Source of the DNA: Octopus sinensis
Taxonomy: Eukaryota
Assembly (NCBI RefSeq): GCF_006345805.1
Contig: NC_043001.1
Span: forward strand, 9,176,001-9,240,000
DNA: 64,000 nt
Direction of reading: 5' to 3'
Shown here: positions 12,560 to 25,540 of the stretch, piece by piece
Layout of the letters: the number at the start of each line of letters is the position of its first letter
Numbering within the stretch: the first letter of the stretch is position 1
The notes under the pieces: model-generated
Seen by the model: only the letters and a program-made list of their open reading frames with translations
Told to the model about the DNA's origin: nothing
Databases searched by the model: none
Made by a program: the position numbers and the translations under genes

Positions 12560-12995
12560 TCACACCATCAATGGAAATTTTCAGTACCAACTTCCTAAGG
12601 CAGTTATGAAAGGATATCAAGAGCAAACACCCAGAAAAACTGATGAATGGGGTCTTGTTTCATTACGACAATGCTTCAGCACACAACCCCTTGGTTTCAA
12701 TGGCTGTTGTGTGTGACTGGTTTTGACCTGGTGGATCATCCTACCTATGTTAGTGATTTGGTTCTTTCTGATTATCATCTGTTTCCCAACATAGAAAAAC
12801 ACTCAGCTGAGTACCAGTATCACTATGATGAGAACATCTTATCTGTTGTTGACGACCATTTTGATCAACAGAAAAGCTTCTTCACCAGTGTGATCCAAGC
12901 TAATGGAAGTGTGTGGACAGAAAATGAACTTCATTTGGTCACATTCCATTGAGAGTGTCTTGCTCAGATTAGGAACTATTCAGCCGACCCTCATA
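12560..12995 (+). mobile_element. Mariner transposase relic (catalytic C-terminus and 3' TIR)
   Basis: GVLFHYDNASAH, DHPTYVSDLVLSDYHLFPN (cf. HPPYSPDLAPSDYHLF); ends ggaactattcagccgaccctcata, a TIR-like end related to 42388-42580. Confidence 0.85.
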
Positions 12996-13099
12996 ATAAT
13001 AAAGATTATTATTATACCTGCATTTGTTTTAATGTTAACACTGGAAAAATCCACATTTTTCATTAAAAAATTAGGACCTGGGTTTGCACCCCCTTACCA

Positions 13100-13975
13100 A
13101 ATTTTGTTGCTGGGCCACTGCACGTGTGGTGTAGTTTATGTTTTGTTCACACGGATTGCGGTTAATGTTGCGTTCATGTGTAATGTTCTTTCCTGTGATG
13201 CTTTCATGCGGTACTTTGTTCGCGATTAATAATAACTTTCATTCACAGAAACTTGCTATTATTTTTAGTATTTTTCACATGTGGCAATGCTAGTGTTTAG
13301 TTCTCTTGCAGTATTGTTAATTTTTCTGTTCACATGTAGAGTTAATAATAATTGGTTCACATGTAGTGTTGTCTTTCTTCACATGTAATTTTGCTTATCT
13401 TTTCTTCATATGTAGAGTTGCTTAAATTTGGTCCACAAGTAGGTTTGTTAATATTTTTTTAGGATTTAGTGTTGATGATTTTTTGCGCCCACGTAGCGTT
13501 TTTAAATTTTGTCTACATGTATGGCTGTTAATGTTCTGTTTACTTTTAATCTTGCCAACACTCTCTTTTCAGGCAAATTTTGTCTACAAGTAGGTTTGTT
13601 AATATTTTGTTCAAATAATGCGGCGAGCTGGCAGAAACGTTAGCGCGCCGGGCGAAATGCGTAGCCCTATTTCGTCTGCCTTTATGTTCTGAGTTCAAAT
13701 TCTGCCCAGGTCGACTTTGCCTTTCATCCTTTCGGGTTCGATAAATTAAGTACCAGTTACGCACTGAAGTCGATGTAATCGACTTAATCCGTCTGTCCTT
13801 GTTTGTCCTCTCTGTGTTTAGCCCCTTGTGGGTAGTTAAAAATAAATATTTTGTTCAAATTTAGTGTTTATGATATTTTGCGCCCATGTAGCGTTTTTAA
13901 ATTTCTCTACATGTTTGGCTATTAAAGTTCAGTTTACTTTTAATCTTGCCTATATTCTCCCTTCAGGCAAATGTT
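13100..13975 (-). repeat. Cryptic degenerate 27-bp tandem repeat with a ~153-bp higher-order duplication, split by a SINE
   Basis: cacatgtag-like anchors at 13331, 13358, 13380, 13407, 13434, 13488; 13464-13616 is repeated at ~13860-13975. Confidence 0.75.
13619..13844 (+). mobile_element. Full SINE-A, tail a, 16-bp TSD
   Basis: aatattttgttcaaat at 13601-13616 and 13845-13860. Confidence 0.92.
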
Positions 13976-14932
13976 TTTATGTTTACCATTCTCAATATAA
14001 TGTGGTTTATGCTATGTGCTTGATTAATATTAATGATATTGATAAACATACTATATGCAATAATATATTATTGATAATATTTATATCTGTTTCGTGTGGT
14101 AATTAATATTCTTTGAAAGTGTTCAGTTATTATGTCTGAAATTTTAAAAAAGACGCTGTAATGTAAGTGGTACCCAGCAGATAAATGGATATTTCTTGAA
14201 GATTGTTCAAGATTCTGTATCTTTAATATTGCTGAAAATGTTAGATAAGCAACTGAAGGGGTAGGCAAACAGCTTCTTATACAAGAAGTCGATGCTTCAG
14301 AATGGAATGAGACGATTTGGCGCAGCCTGTTGGGCATTATGTTTTGACGACAGTGATGTCTAGATAAACACACATGAGAGAAAGAGTGTAACAGAGAAAG
14401 AGAGGGTATATACACATACAGGTATATACAGGTATATACATATACAGGTATATACATGTATATACACATACAGATAGAAATAATGTGAGAGAGAGAGTGA
14501 GAGAAACATTATAATTTATTCATTGCACCCGATTGACATAAACATATTCCATCTCATTAGCATAAAAAGAAACATACTCTCACACATAAATAAAGGTGGA
14601 GAGATAGAGAGATAGATATATGGATGGATGAATAGATAGATTGAGAGATAGAGAGAGAGAGAGAGAGAGAGTGAGAGAGAGACTGACAAACAGACAGAGT
14701 GGAAGATTGGGAGATATCGAGAGAAACATTAAAATATTTGATATCAAGTCAGCGGCGCCGAAGCAGCTGCGCCAAAACGTTCCATTCTCGCTAAAGAAGC
14801 TGCTTCCAGTTCTATCATTTGGAAGGTTTCCACTTTGAATTACAGCTACAATGTAGGCATTTATGGTTTAATACATGATGAATTTTTCTAACCTTCTACG
14901 AAAATATTTAGATAGAGAGTTGTTTTGCCCAC

Positions 14933-15210
14933 GGTCATATGGCGTAGCGGTTAAAAGCGCAGGCTACTAACCTCAAGCTTCCGAGTTCGATTTCAGGCAG
15001 TGACCTGAATAATAATAAGAAGAAGAATAATACTAATAATAATAATAATAATAATAATACCAACAGCGAAAATTGCCTTGGGAATGAGAACCCGGATTCG
15101 AAATTTCCCCAAGACACCTGATGAAGGCTGGAGGGTATATCAGTCAAAATGCTGTGTTAACAACAAACAAGATGACAAATATCTGACAAATGTAAATAAT
15201 GTAAATAATT
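14933..15210 (+). mobile_element. tRNA-like head + (AAT)n + degenerate hammerhead-like tail (SINE-like composite)
   Basis: ggtcatatggcgtagcggtt..gagttcgatt..gtgacc tRNA-like unit; acac-CTGATGA-aggctg..cagtc-aaaa..gtgt at 15114-15157. Confidence 0.6.
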
Positions 15211-17386
15211 GTTTTTGTTTGTTTATTTTTTAACCCCGGTCAACTATGATCAGAAGCTAAATTCCATTTATATCACACTTATCTCTTCTATAAAGCATCT
15301 TCCCGTCTTAAGGTTGCTATTATTTTTAGCAAGTCGTGCAACTGTAAGGGGTTTTTAAGGTGGCTTCGATGATGGTGGTTATATGTATGTGTTGAAATTA
15401 TTATGAAACATGTAAATGTGATGAAACCGAGTTCATAAAGTATCGTTCTGAAGGCAGTCAGTGCGTTGCACTTAGGACCACAAGATTGGTTTCGATTCCC
15501 GAACTAGGCGATACGTGGTGTTTTTAAGCCAAATATTTCATTCCATGTTTGCTCGGCAATCATTTCACACCGTTAATGTAGCATAGATGGAGGCATTTGA
15601 TCATTCTAAACAATTCATGTGTACAGGCTGAAGTTACTCAGCGGGAAAAAGCAGAACACGGAGTTGGTATTGAAGACAGGAAACACACACCAAATTATAG
15701 TGATTGTGGCTGTCTTGTAGTTGTTTGGTAGAATTCAGTTGAAAGCAAGCAGAACAGTGTCCTTCCAAATATGACCATCCTCCAATTTTGTGTAATACAT
15801 ATTTACATTACCTTATATGGCCCTCTCTTTACAAAGCAAAATCCGTAAAATGATTTAAGTCACGTTTAATTGCTATTTCCAGCAGGTTTAGCAACCGCAT
15901 AGGGACTGTCATCTAACTATACACAAACCCCAGTGTTGCTTAAGAGAAGCTTACTTTTGAGACCTTGGGGGATATTATTAAGCAACGAAATATCACAGCG
16001 TTTAACACGAAGTTAGTGACGAAGAACCACCGTTAGCTGGTACAGTTAAAATCCCTTATATTTTATATTGTTACTTTCATCATGACGGCCTTTTAAACAT
16101 TTTGATTTCAATAGAAATATTAGTGTTGTATAAATCAATATTTATAAATACATCCGTCTATTTTTATGAGTAGATTATATTACATCCTCTCAAGATACAT
16201 CCATCATTTACATATTGTTAAATGACTTCTGTGACATTTTTCATTCTCGTATAGATCGATAAATAGTGCCAATCAATCTAGTTCTAGCATTAAATGGTTC
16301 ATTTGTTATCTTCATCTTTTTCTACCACTTCAGAAATATTAAGTTGAATTACTTTCTCTGAGGGCGAAGACGTCGGATCATGCCTCCTAGGAGACCCTTT
16401 ATTTTATATAAGAATTAATATATTAAAAATACCCCCTCACAAAGCTAGAGAAATAAAAATATATATGGCGATATTATTCGAGAAAGAGCCAATGATAATT
16501 CGGGCGTAACACCGAAACCGGATCTACTGAAATATGACCTGTCAAGATTATAGGTTTTGGACTTTTGCATCGTTATTGTTGCCATTGCTACTGCTGTTGC
16601 TCTTACTACTCTTGTTGTTGTTGTTGTTATATTTCTTGATGTTTTTCTTCGTTTTGTTGTTGGTGTTCTTGTTGTTGCTAAGACTATAAACAGTTTCATG
16701 GAACAGAGATGTAGGATATATTGAAGCTTAACACCATTGAAATAATTGTATAGTATTTATTTTGGGTTTCATTTTTAATACAAGGAGCTTTATTTAGCGT
16801 AGTTTTAAAACCTGGAATGGATCCAATATTTTCATACTTTGAGTGAATTCTTCCCTTTAGGTTGATATTTATCTCTCTAAATATTCCAAATATATCTATA
16901 TTAACTATTTCGTTTGATAGATTACATACTATACTAACCTATCTTTCGATTTAACATCACCGAGAATATAAGACCATTGCCAGGTTGACGCTGCTGGTTA
17001 TGGGCAAGCATTTATCGACCCAGGTCCCCAGTTCGACACCATATTCATTTCCCGGGAGCAATGTTGCAATAACAATTTCTAGAGGATATTACAATTGTAA
17101 TAATTTCTAGGGGCAATGCAAAAATAATAATTTCTAAGGGACAATGATACAAATTCCTTAGATGTAATATAATAGATCACAAGGAAACATGTTTCCTCTC
17201 TATTCGTTGACCAGCGGATATCATTTCATCAACTGTGGAAGGATAGAAGGTAAATTCGCCCCGATGGAATTTCAAATCCAGACGTAGACACGCATATGTC
17301 AATACTACAAAACATCTGAGAAAACCAGTTAACGTTTAATAAACACAATATAAAAAGAGTGAATGGGCCTGAAAGTATCCTATTTG

Positions 17387-17690
17387 TGGAGGCACATGGC
17401 CTAATGGTTAGAGTAGCGGACTCGTGGTCGAGGGATCGCCGGTTCGATTCTCAGACCGAGCGTTGTGTGTGTTTATGAGCGAAACACCTCAGCTCCACGC
17501 GGCTCTGGCAGAAGGTAATGGCGAATTTCTGCTGACTCTTTCACCACAACTTTCTCTCACTCCTTCCTCCTGCATCTTGCAGCTCACCTGCGACAGACCG
17601 GCGCCCTGTCCAGGTGGGGAACCTATACGCCAAGAAACCGAGAAACCGGCCCTTATGAGCCAGGCATGGCTCGAGAAGGAACAAACAACA
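17387..17690 (+). mobile_element. Full SINE-C with tail f, 14-bp TSD
   Basis: aaagtatcctattt at 17372-17385 and 17691-17704; tRNA-like head with A/B boxes. Confidence 0.9.
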
Positions 17691-18240
17691 AAAGTATCCT
17701 ATTTTATTTAATGTAGATGAAACATTACCGAATCATATCCGAAAGTGTCCCAGGTTTTTAGAAAATAGTAATAATCTGGCAAGTAATATATTGGTTTACC
17801 TGTGTATTGTTTGTGCATTTGGTTATAAACAGTAATGGGTCACAAATATTCATATCAAGCGTTGATTGGTTACCAGTAATCAAAGTAAGGGATAGTAAGT
17901 GATAGTAATACCAAACTAATAATGATTTCCTAAGCAAAAGCAACGACAAAGAATAAAGAGCAAACTGCGTCACTCATTCCATGATTGAAAGATAATTGCG
18001 TTGCATGACTTCTTAGAACAGAGCTAGATGTCAGCAATAAGTAATAGGCACCAATGTTCTAGCGGTTCTAGCGCAAAGAATAATAGGCTTCAAACCTATA
18101 GATCCTAGTGCAAATGATAAAGTTCTAGGAATCTGTATTCTAGGAATCGGAGTGCAAATAATATGGCAGAAGGAATCAATACTTTGGCGAATCTTACAAG
18201 AGTAATTACGAAATATCCTCGGCATAGTTAGAATTAGCAA

Positions 18241-18435
18241 GGCGGCGAACTGCCAGAATCGTTAGCTGCGGTATTTCGCTTGCAGCTACGTTCTGAGTTC
18301 AAGTTCCGCCGAGGTCGACTTTGCTTTTCATCCTGTCGGGGTCGATAAATTAAGTACCAGTAAAATACTGGGGTTGATGTAATCGACTAGTCTCCTCCCA
18401 CTAAATTTCAGGCTTTGTGCGTAAAGTAGAAACGA
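18241..18435 (+). mobile_element. SINE-A, tail b, followed by (TTA)n
   Basis: Head (internally deleted), body, tail gctttgtgcgtaaagtagaaacga-(tta)n. Confidence 0.85.
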
Positions 18436-18469
18436 TTATTATTATTATTATTATTATTATTGCTGTAGA

Positions 18470-18673
18470 AATGAGTTGCGACGTCACTGGTTCCAAGCTG
18501 TATCGACCTTTGTCTTTCCCTTGGATAATACTGGTGGCGTGGAGAGGGGAGGCCGGTATGCATGGGCGACTGCTGGTCTTCCATAAACAACCTTGCCCGG
18601 ACTTGTGTCTAGGAGGGTAACTTTCTAGGTGCAATCCCATGGTCATTCATGACCGAAGGGGGTCTTTACCCCC

Positions 18674-18676
<3 letters not shown>
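18470..18676 (+). mobile_element. Probable retroposon 3' fragment between two (TTA)n tracts
   Basis: GC-richer segment ending ggtcattcatgaccgaagggggtctttaccccttt, an RTE/BovB-like terminus; family not established. Confidence 0.45.
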
Positions 18677-18732
<56 letters not shown>

Positions 18733-18756
18733 CATCATCATCATCATCATCATCTT

Positions 18757-19280
18757 TGCAAAGCTTCTAACGCTGGAGATGTATTAGGGTGTCAGCTGTT
18801 CACTACCAGTGAACTAAGGTAACGCTTATTTTTCGAGCACCTTCCGGCGTATTCGAACGGCTCTAAGCAGTGCTGTTTTCTGCAAGTGCCCCACCCTTAT
18901 TACAGCCCCTATTTGTTCCACGTACTTCTTGAGATTTTTTCACACTGTTCCCAAGGCTCCGACAATTATTGGTACTACTACCACATTTTTCACCGACCAC
19001 AACCGCTTAACTTCCCAAGCAAACCTGTCATATCTATCAACTTTTCTTTCTTCCTTATCGCATACCTTGTCAGCTGGGCATGTTATATCTATGATCCAGC
19101 ACATAGTTTTCTTTCTTTCTCAATTAAGTCTATGTCTGGCTTCCTATTCTCTATCTCATGGACGCACTGAATCATAAAATCCCACAGAATCTTTGGATTA
19201 TCATTTTCGATGATGCCTTTGGGTTTGTGGTCGTACCAATTTTTGCCCTGTCAAGTGATTGTAACAAGCGTGCAGATTAA
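18757..19280 (-). mobile_element. R4/Dong-type LINE 3' fragment (subfamily B, REL domain)
   Basis: Minus, with frameshifts: WYDHKPKGIIENDNPKILWDFMIQ..RKPDI..WIIDITCP..KVDRYD..VKRLW...VVVVPIIVGALG; ends at (ATC)n/(TTA)n. Confidence 0.8.
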
Positions 19281-19322
19281 AAGTAAATAATAACAATAAT
19301 TATTATTGTTATTATTATTATT

Positions 19323-20760
19323 CTATGTTTGACTTTTGCTTTATGTCTGTACAGTTTGGCTCCAAGTCTCACCCAGAGACTTCAAGAGACAACAAGTTGG
19401 AAGTTCACGTTGTTGTTATGCCTAGTGTGCCATATATTTGGTTTTTTTTAGTGTTGTACTAGTGAAAGTCTAACACATAAAAAAAAAGTTTGTTTTAAAC
19501 CTTGGGATTACATAGAGAGTATTTTGCGTAGGATATGAGAAGTTCCCATGAGCACTATCTTTTGAATTTCTGCCATTTTGGGGTTTCCTGGTATCTGAGT
19601 TAGGTAGTAATCAGTTCCTTTCGCTATCATTCCCAGGGCACCTATGACAACAGGTATTGTTTTAGTCTTCAGCTTCCACATTTTGCTGATTTCTATTTCA
19701 AGATCTTTATATTTGCTCAGTTTTTGGTAGGTCTTGACAGATACGTTTATATCGATTGGGACAGTCATATCAATGAGGAGGCATGTTCTTTGTCTGAAGT
19801 CTTTCAATATGATGTATGGCCTATTTGCATCTATCTTTCTGTCAGTTTGAATGGTGAAGTTCCAGAGGAATGAGATGTGGTCATTTTCAAGCACTGGAGG
19901 TGGATTGTGTTCCCACCATTTTTTTTCATGGGGCAAATCCAGGTTTTTGCAAATTATCCAGTGAATATATTGTGCAGCTCTATCATGCCTGTTGAGGTAC
20001 TCTGTAGGCGCTAGAAGACTGCATTTGGAAATAACATGATCAATGGTTTCATTTTGTTGTCGGCATACACGACATGTTGGGCTACTGCCGTTCTTTAATA
20101 TGTTGGCCTGGTAGGTTCTTGTTGGTAGGTATTGATCTTGAGCTGCTATGATAAACCCCTCTGTTTCAGATTTTAAGCCAGATCCCCTTTAGCCATTGAT
20201 GGGTCAGGGCTTTGTCAATATCTGCATTATTCGCTCTCTTTGGGTATTTGCCATAGGGAGGTTTTTCTTGCCATTTATTATTCAGAATATCTAAGGCCGC
20301 AGTTTTGGCACGGGTTTTCATGCGCCTAGCTTTTTCTATGCTTGTTTCTTGTATGTCTATCTCTAATTCCGAAATTGGTTGTATTCGGAATTCACTTAGA
20401 TATTCCTTTGCCTGTTTTGTTACTGAGTATGAGGCTTTCTTGTTTTCATGCTTTGAGACAAGTTTTAACATCCAGTCCTCAGACTTTTTCAGGTAGGTGT
20501 CTAGGCCAATTGTAGCAATCTTCATTGTTATTGCCAGTTGCAAAAGACCACGGCCTCCCTCTTTTCTTGGCAGATAAAGTCGCTCTGTATCTGCCTTAGG
20601 GTGGTGCATTCTATGCATTGTCAACAGTTTTCTTATTTTTCTGTCGAGCTGACATATTTCAGTAATTGACCAGTTAACGATAATTGAAACTGTAAGTCAC
20701 GACTGGTATGGCCAATGCATCGATCACTTCGATCCTGTTTCTTGCATTCAGCTTCTTGCA
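19323..20760 (-). mobile_element. R4/Dong-type LINE, 5'-truncated (RT C-terminus, CCHC finger, REL domain, 3' UTR)
   Basis: MHHPKADTERLYLPRKEGGRGL; AAQDQYLPT..CRVCRQQNETIDHVISKC; RPYII..LLIDMTVP..KLSKYKDL..PVVIGALG (catalytic PD mutated to PY); TAA/TTA tracts at both ends. Confidence 0.9.
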
Positions 20761-20775
20761 TTATTATTATTATTA

Positions 20776-20826
<51 letters not shown>

Positions 20827-21310
20827 TTATGTTTGACTTTTGCTTTACATTTGTACAAGTTGGCTCCAAATCTCACCCAGAGACCTCAAGAGACAACAGG
20901 CTGGAAGTTCATGTTGTTGTTATGCCTAGTGTGCCATATATTTGGTTTTGTATTTAGTGTGGTACTAGTGAATGTCTAAAAGGAAAAAGGAAAAAAAACA
21001 TACGAAAATTATGTTTGTTTTAAAACTTGAGATTACATAGAAAGTATTTTTCGTAGAATACGAGCAGTTCCCATGAGGACTATCTTTTGAATTTCTGCCA
21101 TTTTGTGGTTTCCTGGTATCTGAGTTAGCAATCAGCCCCTTTTGCTATCATTCCTAGGGCACCTATGACAACAGGTATTGTTTTAGTCTTCAGGTTCCAC
21201 ATTTTGCTGATTTTTATTTCAAGATTTTTATATTTGCTCAGTTTTTGGTAGATCTTGACAGAAACGTTTATATCGATTGGGACAGTCATATCAATGAGGA
21301 GGCATGTTTT
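20827..21310 (-). mobile_element. Second, shorter copy of the same R4/Dong-type family
   Basis: 3' UTR and REL end closely match 19323-19790; (TTA)n on both flanks. Confidence 0.9.
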
Positions 21311-22251
21311 TATTATTATTATTATTATTATTATTGAAGGCGGCGAGGAGGAGGACATGGTATTTTGTTGTACTATATGATAATAGATTGGACAGAAAAG
21401 AAACGGTAAAGTGAAAAATATCAAGAAGTCCTTAGAGAGAAATGAAGTGATTGTGGAAGATAAAGATGATAATTCTTCCTCTGGTATTTGCTCAAACTGT
21501 GAAAAAAAAAAATCTGCATTTAATGCATTTTCAGAAAGGCAACGGAGATAATAGATAAGAAGGCCAGCTGGTTTTAGTTAAAGAACAGAGTACTGAAAGA
21601 TAATCTTACCAAAAGCAGCAAGAGAACAGACCCGAAGGGTTAAATGGATTAAGAGAATGTTTGTTCACTTAAATATTGAGGGCACAACCATAGATAAAAG
21701 CTTGCATCTAAGATTTCTCCCAGCTAAAGCGAAATGAATACAAAGCTCCAGTATGGCTGCAGTATAAAATATGAAATGTATGAAAGAATAAAATGAAAAG
21801 CATTGGTTTACTGCAATAACCCTCAGGATTTGTTGCAAGATGTCTGATTTTAGATACCAAGAAAATAGCTATGTAACATTTTATGGGGAAAAATATAAGT
21901 ATTCAAAAACGATGAAATCAGATTTTATAGGACTTCTTTCGCAAGCCGAAAGTCGAATAGAATATGAGAATTTTAATGGCATTAATTATTGATAAGAAAA
22001 ACAGTCTAGAAGTTGAGTTGATATAAATATTTGATGTCAAAACTCAAGAAAACAGGGGGAAAATGTTGATTATTATACCGACTTGGCCATCCATGATGTT
22101 TCATGTGTGTGTGTTTATCTGCGTGTATGGGTTTGCCTCGTATGCATCCATGCCCTTTATATAGTTTTGTTTATTTTATTTATTTATATTATCGATCTTT
22201 GTCTTACATTTATCACCGGTATGTGGCAGACATTTATATATATATATATCT

Positions 22252-22625
22252 ATTTTACTCTTTTACTCTTTTACTTGTTTCAGTCATTTGACTCCGGCAA
22301 TGCTGGAGCACCGCCTTTAGTCGAGCAAATCGACCCCGGGACTTATTCTTTGTAAGCCCAGTACTTATTCTATCGGTCTCTTTTGCCGAACTGCTAAGTG
22401 ACGGGGACGTAAACATACCAGCATCGGTTGTCAAGCAATGCTAGGGGGACAAACACAGACACACACATATATATATACGACAGGCTTCTCTCAGTTTCCG
22501 TCTACCAAATCCACTCACAAGGCATCGGTCGGCCCGGGGCTATAGCAGAAAACACTTGCCCAAGATGCCACGCAGTGGGACTGAACCCGGAACCATGTGG
22601 TTGGTTAGCAAGCTACTTACCACAT
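22252..22625 (-). mobile_element. SINE-B (tRNA head, CORE-like segment, internal microsatellite, 3' module)
   Basis: Reverse complement of gtggtaagtagcttg..ccactgcgtggca.cttgggcaagtg..(TA)n(TG)n..ctccagcat.gcc..gactgaaacaagtaaaagag. Confidence 0.9.
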
Positions 22626-22653
22626 ATGACAAATATATAATATATATATATAT

Positions 22654-22731
<78 letters not shown>

Positions 22732-23021
22732 GTATATAAATATATGCATATATACATACACATATATACATACCTGCATATATACATGCATATATGGGTA
22801 CAGGACATCAAAAATACGTTGAACACAATGAGAAACGAAAACATAAAAGTAAAAACATAGAAACGAACGATATTTCAAACACCAAAAAAACCCAGAGAAA
22901 CGAGACATACAACATAAAGAATATTTCCCTTCTTCAGTTATCCATGTTTTACCTCCTCCGTGTTTCGAGGGTAACATATATATATATATATATACGCATA
23001 TTCATACATTCATACATACAT

Positions 23022-23055
<34 letters not shown>

Positions 23056-23451
23056 TCGTTTATCTATTTATATATTTTACTTATTTATATATATGTATTT
23101 TTACTCACCTATCTCTATTTCTCATAAGTATCACAGATAAGTGTATATATGTCTTACGTGTGAGTATCTTACTCGAAGTATCTGTGTATATTTATCTTTT
23201 TTGTTTTCCTTTTCCCTCTCTCTTCACGTCCCTACTGTATTTAGTCATATGGTGTGGTGTGGTGGTGGGTGTTACTATTCCATTCTTGTTTTGTATTGAG
23301 ACTCGGTCTGTCTACTATTATGTGTGTAGCTTCTGTAACCTGTCTAAGTAACGTGTCAGTTCTGTGTCGATAGTACTTTAACCTCTATGCTATTAATCGG
23401 GCTGACCATATTGGTAGAGCACTGACGAGCTTTCCCTTCTTTGAGCTCTCG

Positions 23452-23530
23452 CCAATGTTCACCTATACGCTCTCCTATGCTACAGCGGAGAAACAGCACC
23501 CAGCATAGGAGAGCGTATGGGTAACATTGG
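23452..23530. repeat. Isolated 79-nt hairpin
   Basis: ccaatgttcacctatacgctctcctatgct (23452-23481) pairs with agcataggagagcgtatgggtaacattgg (23502-23530): 1 bulge, 1 G:U, 20-nt loop. Confidence 0.85.
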
Positions 23531-24168
23531 TGGTTTGGGGGTAGAGGTGGTGGTGACGGAGGTAGTAGTGATAGAGTGGTGGTGATTCGATAGTGAAGAG
23601 TGTATTTTGTTATCATTGAACTAAGTTTTGTTATAGCGCATAACGCATGCGCAGCAGTGCAACTCCGTGTAATATTCACGCTTATTTACGCGGTAGATAT
23701 ACGCAATTTAACCAAAGGTTGTATCATAAGTACGGGATATTTTTTCATTATCTAATGGGAAAAAGGGAAAATAAGAGTGAATATTTATTTTATCAGTGCT
23801 GTGTGTTAAGTCTATAAAATTGTAAATAAAGTATATAAAATGTATATATAAAGTGCATTAAGTAATCATTGTATTCCAATTTCCTTCACTTTTCAATGAG
23901 TAGGCAGATGGGCGATTATATTTTGATACAAACACAACACAGGCTACGCTTTCAGGTTTTACGGATGATGAAGTTTTCAGAGATAAGTCAAGAAGTTTAC
24001 CGTTAATTCCGTGAAATATTCCCTGATCCCGCTAATTACTATTATTATTTTTTTTCTTTCTTTTTTCAAATTTTCTTCCATTTCTTGCCGAGTGTTTTCC
24101 GTACACCTAGGGCAGAGAAGCTCATTGTATGCTTTCCCAGATTACGCACGTAAATTCACAGGTAAAAT

Positions 24169-24206
<38 letters not shown>

Positions 24207-24207
24207 A

Positions 24208-24272
<65 letters not shown>

Positions 24273-24295
24273 CATTATTATTATCATTAGTATTA

Positions 24296-24742
24296 AGGCG
24301 GTCAGCTGGCAGACTCGTTAGCACGCCGGGTGAAATGCTTAGCCGTATTTCGCCTGTTTTTACGATCAGAGTTCAAATTCCGCCGAGGTCGGCGTCGCCT
24401 TTCCTCCTTTCATTGTCGATAAATTAAGTGCTAGTTGCGTACTGGGGTCAATATAATCTACTGGCCTCTCCCCCAAAATTTCATGCCTTTTGCCTATAGT
24501 AGAAAGGATAATTTTCATTATTAGGGCGGTGAGCTGGCTGAAACGTTAGCATGCCGGAGAAAATGCTTAGAGACATTCTGTCCGTCTTTACGTTCTGAGT
24601 TCAAATTCCGACGAGGTCGACTTTGTCCTTCATCTTTTCGGGGTCAATGAAATAAGTACCAGCTAAGCATTTGAGTCGATGTAATCGACTAGCCCTCTCC
24701 CATCAAAATTTCAGTCCTTGTGCCTGTAGTAGAAGGATCATT
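24296..24742 (+). mobile_element. Two head-to-tail SINE-A copies (tail b) after an (ATC)n(ATT)n tract
   Basis: Heads at ~24296 and ~24524, each ending tagtagaaagga. Confidence 0.85.
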
Positions 24743-25540
24743 TTTATTACTAGTTCGTCCGCCGTTGTGGTCGACAACCAAGGACCGCACATGGGAGAAG
24801 ATGATGCCACGGCGTGTCAGGCTATGGCCAAACTGCTCGAAGCGTGTCGGAGGGTTCAACCGAAGGTCGGGCACTGGCGATCGGTTGAGCTCGTAGGCAA
24901 TAAGTTGACTCTGGACTTGCGTATTTTGCGTTTAATTTGTGCCGCTGCAGTCCTTTGATGCAACTTCACCAATTATGGCGATCCTGTTTCTTATATGAAG
25001 TAATTGAAAAACATATAAGTCAAATATTGAAGATATTTAATAATCTGTGCATTCTTCCATTTTGGAAGTTGTATGTTACTCCATATAATTTATTCATCTA
25101 AAGCATAAGATGATATAATAGATTTATAAGATAACGTCATAATGTGGACTGCCTTTCCATTTAGATTATGTTAGCTCGGAAAGGATCTTAGCAGTAAAAA
25201 AATAAGTAAGCTCTGTGCAAATTACTTCAGTAAACCTGTTTGGGAATCCGATTAAAGCATATTTTCATATTTCTATTCCACTTAGGATATAAAATCCTCT
25301 GGGAAAATCATAAATAGTATTTTTTTTTCCTGTGTATATAATCCTCGGTTTCATATTTTTTCTAAAAGTAATTGTCGAATGAGTTTGGTCAATGGATTGC
25401 TGTTAGTGCAAACATCAGGTGTATGATAAGCTAGAATCTCTATAACATAACCCGCAGATGCAATTTCAAATCCATTTACAATCTGTTTTTTAATCCTATA
25501 ATTGTGTATTTGTAAGAGTAAGACACCGAGTATTATAAAA

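Noticed and set aside
14933-15005. tRNA gene
   Set aside because: tRNA-like boxes, but imperfect stems, no T-run terminator, and fused to an (AAT)n/retro tail; treated as a SINE head.
22900-22985. Permuted hammerhead (GAAA..CTGAAGA on minus)
   Set aside because: Stem II and stem III cannot be formed in register.
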